DNA from: Takakia lepidozioides
Lineage: Eukaryota; Plantae; Bryophyta
Length of the DNA: 64,000 nucleotides
Assembly (NCBI GenBank): GCA_030704615.1
Contig: CM060733.1
Location: forward strand, 21,018,001 to 21,082,000
Reading direction: 5' to 3'
The notes beneath the pieces are model-generated. The model ran no database searches. It was given only the letters and a program-made list of their open reading frames with translations, and was not told the DNA's origin. Positions 1-10,505 of this stretch are shown in pieces (the first letter of the stretch is position 1; each line of letters opens with the position of its first letter). Both the position numbers and the translations under genes were made by a program.

Positions 1-3000
1 AAAAAAGTGTTGGGATGAGGGCATGCTGGGGATAGGCATTGCTTTAGCTTCCCTTCCTCCTAGCTTTCCACCTTCTCTGTACAGGTCGAGATCTTTCCGT
101 GGGTGGAGGTAAGAGTTAGTCCGGGTTTGGGCTGGGGTGTCCTTGCAGGAGCGACACTCTGGAGTTGTTTTTGGTGTGGGGGAGTTGTTGTTTTCATTCT
201 TGTGTTTGGATCCCCTCCACACCTGCATGCTTGATTGTGCGTCATGCTAGTTTTGTGTGGGCGCTTGTTTTTATAGGTGGTTGACTCGGGCTTGATCGTC
301 GATCCAACCCTAGAGCATGCTCCAAACCATAAGCCGCATCAGGTTCTCTACTCGGTTATCTTGTGGAGAGGGGGTTAGAGACATGTTCATGACCGGTTGA
401 GTGTCAGTTTGTCAACACGGAGGTGCCACTAGTTGCTGGGGAAAGTGTCGGTACAAGCACTAGCGATACTAGTGGGTACACGAGACGAGGTGTGCGATTT
501 AGGCCACCTTCACCTCCTGTGTCTTCTATGGAAGGTTCTGATTCGGATTATGAATCAGGAAGACTTATACCGACGGTGCAAGTTGTTCCCTTGTCATTGT
601 TGTGAGACACAATGGAGGAGATGTATGGAGCCACCAAGGGGTCACGCAGGTACTCTGGGGCGGTGGGCACCATTGAGTTAGATGATTTTATCCAAGAGTT
701 TGATAGTTGGTGTGACTTGCAACAAATGCGCAATCCACAACTGTTTGCGCCTTTTATGGCATGGAAGGGGCTATTTCACCACCTTGAGGGGCCGCCCATG
801 GATGATTACCATGAGTTTAGGTGGGGGTATGATGTTGAGATCGAGGAGTGGAGGATGTACTGGTCACCCGACTATGTCTCCATCACTAGAGGCACTAGAA
901 GGACAAGGGCAGTAGCCATATCCGCAGCTCCACCGGCAGCAGTGAGACTAGTGGTACAGAGGCTACGACGTCCACCCAAGCCACTGCTGCACCAGCACCA
1001 GTGCCCGTGCCTGCCTTCAACCCTGTTGTGGAGTTCTACGAAGAGTTGAGAAGGAACTATCAATGGGTGAGGACAAAGAAGTTGAGAAGTTTGCAAGAGT
1101 TCCAGAGGAAGCTTACTGAGAGCTTGAGAGAGGCTTTTACTCGCATGCGGCGCTTGATAAATGTAACCCAAGGGGTTACGGAGGCTCAAGCAGTCCAATT
1201 TTGGTATGGGATATTGGACAAGGAGCTGAGGAGAAGGATGTGGGATGCAACTCTCCTACAAACGGCCCAACCCACCTTAGCAAATGTGTTTTTGCTGGCA
1301 GAGCGGATAGAGCTCAACATGGTGGAGGAACGGGTGGTCATGGTGGGATTTGCTAAGGAGACACCACGGGGTAGTGATGCTCCTAGCCAGCCACTACCTC
1401 AACGTACTCAAGGCAGCAAGGGGCTCAAGTGAATCTCAAGGAAAGACAGAGAGGACCTCAGATGCAGGGGTCTCTCCTATAAGTATGCCATGCCCACACC
1501 AAAAGAGATATTTGTTGCCATTGGGCATGCCAAGGTCTTTAACCAGTTGCCGATCAAGGAGGCGGACAAGCAGAAGACGACATTCTGGGGGATCAATGAG
1601 CACGGGAATGATTGTCTATATCAGTGGCGGTTCTTACCATTCGGGCTTAAGAACGCTTCTGCAGAGTTCCAGAGAGTCATGGATATGATTCTAGCAGGGG
1701 TGAACTTTGTTCGGTGCTACATAAATGACATCATCATCTTTAGTGGTACAGTGGAAGAGCACTGTCTCATTCAAGTGGTATTTGAGCGTTTGAGATCACA
1801 CAGATTGAAATTACATCCGGGGTAGTGCAAGTTCTTCCACAACCAGATTGAGTATCTAGGCCACATGATATATCCTGGAGGATTGGAGGTACAGCAGACT
1901 AAGGTGGAGGCCATCGCACAGATTCCACGCCCCACGGATGTGAGCCGAGTTCGAGCTTTCATGGGGTTGGCGAACTATTATAGATGGTTTGTCAAGGGAT
2001 TTAGTGCTATGCAAAGGCTCTAACCAAGCTGACCAAGATAGAGCAGGAGTGGCAGTGGGAAGATGAGCAAGAACAAGCTTTTCAGGAGCTCAAGGCGAGG
2101 TTGACCTCGGCGCCCATCTTGAAACGACCTATGGGGGGGCGCCCCTTTCAGCTGCATACGGATTGGAGCATGCTGGGGCTTGGAGCGGTGTTCACACATG
2201 TGGATGATGAGGGAAGAGAGTTCGTAGTGGCTTATGCTAGCCATTCGAACAACACTGCAGATCGAAGTATAGCTTATATGAGAAGAGTGCTTAGCTGTAG
2301 TGTGGGCCATGGTACACTTCAGGTGCTATCTATACAGTAATCTCTTCAACCTTCTCACGGATCACCAGCCACTCAAGTAGTTGATGGAGTCAAACAAGCT
2401 TACGGGGAAGCTTGCACGGTGGGCACGTATATTCCAGGAGTATGACTTTCAGGTTGTGCATCGACCGGGTTTGGTAATAAGGATGCAGATGGATAGATTC
2501 ACAATCCATGCACGAACCAGCAGGATGACACTGGAGCTCGGTGGCATGGTGAGACGGACGAGGAGATGGTGTCGGGATGGCATGCATCTGCCTTTTTGTG
2601 TATCTTGGCATCGGGAGGTCAGGTTGGACCTACAACATGGATGACTGTAGACAGAGTGTCTGAGGACCCTGAGGCTAGTGATGAGCCAGGTGGTGCCAAA
2701 GATATACATGAGGATTCGGTTGTGTTGGACTATCTCCGCACTGGAGACACGGCAGCTAGTGTGACTGCCAAGGAGATGGATCAGATCCTGCAACGAGCCA
2801 AGAGGTTCAAGTGGGAGGGGATACATCTGCTTCGAGTGTGGGAGGATGGTCGGGTGAGGATCATGCCTCACCCAACACAGCGTGCACTGTTAATGTGGCA
2901 TGCCCATGAGGAGTTGGGGCATTTTGGAGTGCGACGCACTCATAGTCTACTGCAGGGGCAGTATTGGTGGCGTGGTATGCACACAGAGGTGCAACAGTTC

Positions 3001-3983
3001 GTGGCTAGGTGCATGGTGTGTGACAGGGTACGTGTTTCATTCAACGCCCCTACACCACAGTTGCATCCTTTACCCATCATGGGATTGGGCTATAGGTGGA
3101 GTCTTGACTTCGTAGGGCCGTTGCCACTGACGATGCGCCACCACAGATATGTGTTGGTGATAGTGGAGCACTTCTCCAAGTGGATTGAGTTGGATCCATT
3201 GCCTGATAAGGCTAGTGGGGGGCCTACGTATGCATTCTTGGATCGTGTGCTTAGCCGATTCGGTGCTCCAGCTAAGATACTCACAGACCAAGGGAGAGAG
3301 TTCTTGGGGGAGTTTCAGGCTTTGTGTGATAAAGCCTTGATAGACCACCGTACCACTTCTCGGGATCATCATGAGGCCGATGGCTTGGCAGAGAGAGTGG
3401 TGCAGACAATGAAGAGGGGTTTGCGCAAGTATGGCTTGCAAAAAGGACACCTAGAAGATTGGGATCTTCATGTACCTTGGTTAGCCATGGGCTACAGGTT
3501 TAGCAAGCAAACATCACTCGTCTCCTTCTCACCATATTTTCTTCTCTTTGGCCGAGAGCTGGATTTGTCTGCATAGGGAGGCTGCAGTAGTCCTCAACCT
3601 TGATAATCCGGATGTGTGGACTCAAGCATGTGCCCAACGGGAGAGTTGTTCAAGAGAGTCATGCCTATGGCTTTTGAGAACCTTGCTATTGCCCAACACC
3701 AAGACACATTGAGGTATGTCACTATATGTGGAGGGGGATATCGACCAGGTGTTCGGCGTTTCCATCCTGGGGACTATGTGTATCTGCAGTGCGTACGACC
3801 TTGGATGTTACAGCAGGACGTGTGATTCTAAGGGTTAGGGAGATGTTGCCTTCAGGAATGTTGGTTCTGGAGGGTCGAGATGGTATGGTATGGAAGGACC
3901 ATGTGCGCAATTGTGCGCCATGTCACCTTCCACATGTAGATGGGAGGATGGATCTCAACCTTGCAATGGTAGGACTGTACTGA
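1..3983 (+). mobile_element. Degenerate Ty3/gypsy LTR retrotransposon (gag, partial RT, RNase H, integrase)
   Basis: Gag-like ORFs at 612-1432. RT remnants (KTTFWG, YQWRFLPFGLKNASAEFQRVMD, YIND-II) and RNase H (FQLHTDWS, VVAYAS, GKLARWA). Integrase has an H-H-C-C finger (AHEELGH...CMVC) and D-D-E residues (WSLDF, LTDQG, AERVV). RT-RH-INT order indicates gypsy. Many stops and frameshifts. Probable 5' LTR ends ...TCAACA at 417. Confidence 0.93.
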
Positions 3984-4742
3984 AAGCGACATAGATTTCT
4001 AAAAGACTCCAGCAACGCTAAAGATAATCGGTGATCTAACTGAAAAGCACGAGATGATTAAACGGAAGAAATCTCTTGAAGATAAATATGCTAGACTTGC
4101 ACATAATGATTCTATTGTTAGCTCCAACAACTAGATTGGCCATCAGTTTCATAACTGTCAAACTGTAAACCTCATGTTGATGGATCCCACGACAATTGCT
4201 AGTCTTTTTAAAGAAATGAAGGCTCCTGACCTGTCTGCGTGAAGCCAAATCCCAAGGCTGCTACTCCATAGTGATTCTTGAGAAGATTTTTGAGTAGTTT
4301 GAGTACAAATTAGATTAGTGTAATGCACATTTTTGTGTCTCATATGAGCACAATGTATTTGATGTGATATAGAGAGAGACAAGGCAAAATGACTCCCAAT
4401 TGATTTCAAATTGCAATGGTGTTGAAATTCATGTGAAATTTTATTTGGATGCTTGAAGACAACTTTTCCTGATGAATAAATGCTCATATCATTCCTATCA
4501 ACATCTACATTTATCTGCATATACCCGTCATTCTACAATTATATTGGACTATAGTAAACTGCAAATGAATGTTCAGCAATAAACTATAAACTGCAAATGA
4601 AGGGGTAAATAGAGGAATGTAAAAGAATACAGTATGTAAAAGAAGATGGATGTAAAAGACATTTGTTTTACCTAATCTAATCTAACCTACGCCATAGATC
4701 CAAGGGACGGATGAGCATTACACGTTTTTTCCCTACGTTGCA

Positions 4743-5774
4743 GGGTTCTTCCGTGTAAGCTCCCGCCCATGGGGGAGCTCACCCGTGACGCCCTAATACC
4801 GATTCTGCTCTATATAAAGCTATAAGAAAAAAAATCATAGGGCTTTAAGTATAGGGGGAGTCCCCGCCATGAGGGTGTTCCGCGGTGTGAGGGTTCGTAG
4901 TAGCCCGAGGGTGTACGACCCGATTACCAAGGTATACCCAAGGGGTGGGGACTCCCGCTGCGTAAAGCCTGTGACCGCGATTTTAGGGTTTCAGCGTTTC
5001 TATTATCCCATATCGACTGCCCTACTTAAGGACTCGATTGGCTATTTAAAGTGGTGCGGTCTGCTGGCGGGTCAGGGGGTGGCCCTGGGGCATTCACTCT
5101 GTTTTCGGGCTGACCAGCCTCGGGCTCCAGCCCTCAAACAGAGTGAATGCCCCGGGGCTAGGGTGAATGCCCTGAAATGCGGGTGTTCTGCCTGGGAAGG
5201 TGCCCTACAAATACAAAGGGAAAATTAGGTCAGGGCTTTACGCCTACAAGTGCTTCTCCCACGTAGAGGAGACGCCCAAATGCTGCCTCCAATGTCATTC
5301 CAACACTTAATTTTGTAATATAGATGAATTTTCAACGACCAAAATTGTTTATAATTCCATAAGTCTTGGACCGTAGGTCCAAATTTTGTAAAACCAAGTT
5401 GGTGCACCTGTACTCATGCGAGGGCTTTCCAACTGTAGTAAAATCGTGGCCAAGCCCGGCGATTTGCGAGATCTCAACCACACTACAAACAATACTGCGC
5501 CATTTTGAAAAAGCCCAATTTAGATGTACGTCCATGAAGGGCCAATCATTGTTCCAGGAAAGCCCACTTTGCTATTTTCTCACAAATTTCCAGTGACCAG
5601 AAATACTTGAAATTTCGTATCTCCCACACAATAGGTCTAAAAATTATGAGACCACGTCAGTGCAACCCCCAACATGGAGGGCTTTCCAACGCAGGCTGGG
5701 CCCTGCGGTTTGGGAGCTCTCAACGTTATTGAAAAACAAAACAAACAGACAGACAACCTTGCTTCATATATTGA
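4743..5774 (-). mobile_element. Non-autonomous Helitron-like element (5' terminus at 5774; 3' boundary uncertain)
   Basis: The minus strand reads A|TCAATATATGAAGCAAGGTTGTCTGTCTGTTTG, matching the TC start, AT-rich stretch and (CTGT)n of Helitron 5' ends. GAGGGCTTTCCAAC occurs at ~5420 and ~5677, with internal hairpins. No convincing hairpin-plus-CTRR 3' end was found. Confidence 0.45.
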
Positions 5775-5911
5775 TTTCATGACCCTTCAACGAGTGAATG
5801 TGAACAGTAAACTCAGAAATACGAAGAGGACTAGGACGCCAAGAGGCTATATAGAGATCCGTCTACTCTCAGAGAATACGTGTGATTCATGATGCCTAAC
5901 TAGTCAATAAG

Positions 5912-7078
5912 CTTTTTGTGAGCTGAGTATTCTCTCGGCGATGCTGTGGAGCACGGCAGCTGGAACAATTTCGCCTCCTTCCAGACTCGTAGTGCAGGCC
6001 AAATTTCCTTCAAGCTGACATTTCGATAATGTAGGCTTTGGTGACCAGTGTTACGACCAAATGGAAAGTTGGTTTATCGGCGGTGTAGGCTACGAGAATG
6101 TGGAGGATAGTGGTGGGCATTGGTGTCGATGGAGTAACCTGAACAGAGGTGGTAGGGCTGCCGCTTGGACTGGTCTTGGTGCTGCTAAGCAGATCGGCTC
6201 CTGCCAGTTCTACGATTCAGCCTTTGAGCAGTGCCGACAAACTAGTCGCAAAATTGTATAAGGGCGCAGAGGGTCATTTGCGAGGTACAATTACAATCTT
6301 CGTGCATGTCGCGGTCTTTCCTTTTGTTGACAAGAGAAAGACTACGTGGTATTTGATGGAATTTTAGGGTACATAATGGTTCGTATTTTCCGTCCATGCT
6401 AGACATGTTAGATAATTTCGAGAGTGACATCATGTGAGTCAGAGTCTATTCCAAAGTCTGCATCAGGATTTCAAGTGGACCACAATCTAAGATCAAGTTG
6501 GCCACATTGAGAACAATCTCTGGTGGTGATTACTGGTGAAAGGATGTTTTCTTGGCAAGATGCAAGTGTCTTGCTTCATTCATTGATCTGTGTAGCTACT
6601 CAGACCATCTACCATTTCCTGAGAGTCTTGACCATCATGTACTGCCAGACGGATTTTCTTGTGTAAAAGGGGAGTTTCAAGGTCCTTACTTGAAATTTTA
6701 AGTAAGGATTTTCTGGTGTAAAAGGGGAAATTTCAAGGTCCTTACTTGAAATTTCCCAGTGGTAGACTTTGGCTGATTCTGCATTTTGCCAGTTCTCAGG
6801 GGTAAATTAAACGGTACTTTATAAAGTCCGTGGAAAGCTCATTGAATTACATGGGACGAGAAAGAAACAAGAAAGAGAGAGGCAACCCAAAAGCACCTAT
6901 TCCTCTAAGATGGAAAGCCTCATGCAGATCTGCTGATAAGCATTTCTAATCATCATAATGAAAGACCTCAGCATCTTAGAGGGGTCGAGACAGGCAATAG
7001 TCTCGTTCCCGATCTCATCTAGAGAAAACTGGTGAAAGAAATGTTCTCCAGTCTCAATCTCATGTCTGTCATCTCTAG
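5912..7078 (+). repeat. Dispersed duplicated scaffold, paralogous to 48894-48930 plus 51241-52530
   Basis: Colinear matches by eye: 5912-5946 with 48894-48930, 6051-6510 with 51241-51690, 6652-6790 with 51712-51816, and 6813-7078 with 52287-52535. Confidence 0.9.
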
Positions 7079-7284
7079 CCTCTCAACTATGGACAAAAGT
7101 AACCTACATTAACAGGATTAATTTGTTCTTCTTTACAAGTAGATTTTTATGGGCTATGGATAACTTACCACAGCAGCAATGGTATTTTAATAGGCATGAT
7201 TACCCGGAGAGTTCAAAACTTCCACTTCTCTCGCTGTTCCGCTTCTCATCATCCGATATGATCTTCATCACATCAAAAAAGACA
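7079..7284 (-). pseudogene. Inverted captured fragment (exon end, intron and acceptor) of the coiled-coil gene at 47696-47883
   Basis: The reverse complement aligns with 47696-47883, including the CAG|GTAATC-type donor and the intron. Confidence 0.88.
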
Positions 7285-7367
7285 TGACCGGTGCTCAGCA
7301 TCAATGTCGCCCTCGAATGCTAACCTTTGATATGTATACTGCATCAGTAGAGAATTCCCCATTTCAC

Positions 7368-7780
7368 AGGTGGCTCGACATGCAAACGCCATTGCGAGTA
7401 CGCAGATTGACTGGCATGAGACGCCTGAGGCCCACGTCTTCAAGGCCGATATTCCTGGTAATTTAACCTTCTCTTCCATCCCTGCCCTGTTTCGCAAATG
7501 GGTGATAGTGGAGCTTGTGACTAATGGTGTTGTTCTGGTATTGACTGAAGTAATGCCAAGTGATTCCAATGTTCAACTTATGCCTTCGAGAGTACGGCTG
7601 ACAATTAGCTACCCGTTCTGAATGAGGAAGGAATAAAACCTCAATAATCTAATGTAGTTCCTCTGCGTTGTGATGTACCAGGCTTGAAGGAGGGGAGATC
7701 CAAGTGCAGCTGTTGGAGGGACGCACACACTCGAGATCAGTGGAGAGAGAAGGAGAAGAAGAAGAGGCGATGGAGACCAA
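7368..7780 (+). pseudogene. Truncated intron-containing copy of the small HSP gene at 18431-19128
   Basis: [29 protein letters not shown], the same intron, then a frameshifted exon 2 start. No ATG region and no C-terminus. Confidence 0.92.
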
Positions 7781-7939
7781 AAATAGATTGAAGAGATGGA
7801 TAAAAATAACCACAAGGGCTCTCCTCACTATAACCGCTCCCGGGTGTTTTCTTTCTCTTAGAAAAGAAAAACAAATGGACTTTATGCTAGTTTAGACGTA
7901 GGAACTTTTATAGCAAAAGGACACCTCAAAGCAACTTGG

Positions 7940-7948
7940 CTATATAAA
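7940..7948 (+). promoter_or_regulatory. TATA box upstream of the DEAD-box helicase
   Basis: CTATATAAA lies ~130 nt upstream of ATG 8079. Confidence 0.5.
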
Positions 7949-8078
7949 CGTAGAGGCAGCTTCATGGTCAAAGCTTTCTAGCGCTCAAGATTTGCTGCCC
8001 ACCTGCAAAGGGTGTGTGTGATTGCTTGTGTTTTCTTCGTCCTACGGTTGCTCGCTCGCTTGTGAGAAGTCATTCAAA

Positions 8079-9900
8079 ATGGTAATAGTGAAGAATAGCA
8101 CGGAAGAATACAAAGGGAAGCAGGAGCGTGGACATGATGAGAATGGAGGCAGATCAGATAACTTCTACAGTTCACACGTTCTGTTTGATCATGGGGATAG
8201 CAAGGTGACCTCCAATTACATGAAGCGGAAGATCTCCAAGTGTGCAAGCAACCATAGAAAGCAAAGGAAGTATAACAGCCAATTTACAACAAATCAGTAC
8301 TCGAATGAAGATGTCGAGACTTGTGAAAGAGAACGTAACTTAGAGAAGGAGGCTATCAAGGAGCAATATCTGGGTAGCAATAAGTTGAAGAAACGGGTGG
8401 TCGGCAGGCCTAGTGAGAAGTTCCGTCTTCAATTCGGTTGGGATGACAAGGAAGACACATCAAATCTTTCCATCAACGCCTTCAAAACCCCTTACAGAGC
8501 ACATCTTTTGTTTGGTCGAGGTTTGTACGGTGGAATAGATCGTGCCGAACAGAAAAATTCCGTTGATAGACATTGGTCACAGAAGAATTTTGAGGAGATG
8601 ACTGAGAGGGATTGGCGTATTTTCGTGAGGATTTCAACATCTCCTGCGAGGGTTCCCATGTTCCACCACTCATGCGCAACTGGGAGGAGAGCACCCTTAG
8701 TCCAGAGCTTCTAAGGGTTGTGAAGAAAGTGGGTTACAAGGAGCCAACACCAATCCAGATGGCTGCCATCACCGTTGGTCTCCACCACCGTGACCATATT
8801 GGCATTGCACAAACCGGTTCTGGAAAGACAGCAGCGTATGTGCTCCCAATGCTTACTCACATATCCAAACAGGTTTCAACTATGACACAGAACGCTGAGG
8901 TAGCTGAGGTAGACGGTCCATATGCGATGGTTCTTGCACCAACTAGGGAGCTGGCGCAACAAATTGCGAAAGAGGCAGTTCAATTTGGGTGCTTCATGGA
9001 CACTCGGGTGGTGTTGATTGTTGGAGGGAACAAAAATCTTATTTCAGAGCAAAGCCACGAGTTGCAGAAGGGGTGTGACATTGTTGTAGCTACGCCGGGC
9101 CGACTTGTTGATTGTTTGGAGAGCAGCTACATAGTTCTTAATCAATGCAGGTATGTTGTGTTGGATGAAGCAGATCAGATGATTGATATGGGATTTGAGC
9201 AACAGGTGAGAGATATCATGGATGCTCTGCCCCTGAGCAAGATTAACACAACAACATCCATGTTTAGTGCAACCATGTCAACCGAGTGAAGCGATTAGCA
9301 CAAAAATATCTGCGTAATCCGTTGGTGATTGCAGTAGGGAATCCGGGTAAGGCTACTGATCTCGTGGCGCAACATGTGATCATGGTCAAAGAGGCTGACA
9401 AGTTGAATGAGCTTTGCAGAACTTTGGATCGTTTGGGACAACAACAAACAATCGCATTTGTGAACACACAGACAAAGGCAGATTGGCTGTGCAAACGGCT
9501 CAGTACCGCAGGTTACTTAGCGACAAGTTTGCATGGTGGGTTGAAACAAGATCAGCGGGAAATAAACTTGGATGGCTTTCGTAAGAAGCAACATAACCTT
9601 CTAGTAGCCACTGACATTGCTGCACGGGGTCTTGACATCCTGGATGTAGCATATGTGATAAACTACGACATGTCTTCCACCATAGAGAGGTATACCCATC
9701 GAATTGGGCGTACTGGTCGTGCCAAGAAGACAGGGGTTGCCATCACGTTCTTGACTAGCTCGGAATGCGAAATCTTCTACAATCTCAAAGAGATGCTGAT
9801 CAGTTGTAATAGTCCAATGCCTCCAGAGCTCGCAAGAGATCTAGCAGCCCCTGGAGTCGACCAAATCAGGCACAAATATTTCCGACCATCGGTCCTGTAG
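8079..9900 (+). CDS. PRP28/DDX23 (plant RH21-like) DEAD-box RNA helicase, intronless, two 1-bp frameshifts (pseudogene or assembly error)
   Basis: PRP28-type N-terminal motifs ([14 protein letters not shown]...[15 protein letters not shown]). Helicase motifs: Q motif, [45 protein letters not shown]. Frame breaks at ~8620 and ~9286. Confidence 0.88.
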
Positions 9901-10505
9901 AAATAGTTGTAGTGACTTTGGTTAGAACTACTATAGTGAACAAGACTTAGAGGACACTACAGAGCGCTAGTAATCCAGTGTAATATCAGTGGATATTACT
10001 GATACTTCAACTCTCAGTGCAGCCTCACAGCAATTTCTACTTGCAACCATACCTCTAAAAATGAACAAGACAAGAAGTGAAGATACAAAATGTTGTTAAC
10101 ACTAGCCTGGTAGCTCCATTCATACTAAAATCGAAAATCCCCGCTCACATTCTGGCAAAGGGCAAAAACTTCTCACAGTGTTCCACCGTAACTACCTCAG
10201 TTATTTTCTACAACTGCATAATATTGAGTGTAACCTGGGATTAGGACCCAGACACACAAGACCTGAAAATCTGGATAAGAGTAGATGACACACCACTGGC
10301 GAATGAAAAAGCTCTTTATTATGTCTCCAAGGATAAAATCATGAGTAATGTGCATGAACAAGATCAATTTCCTTTACACATCACAAAAAATGCATGGGGA
10401 GTACATCCTTACCCCACTCCAACAGTTGTCTGAAAAAATCAATTGGTATTGCAACAGGCTTACACGCCCTAAATTTGGATGTTCAACCAGAGACCTTCCT
10501 AATCT

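Noticed and set aside
3984-4550. Helitron Rep/helicase remnant or 3' end
   Set aside because: No recognisable motifs and no GC-rich hairpin next to a CTAG.
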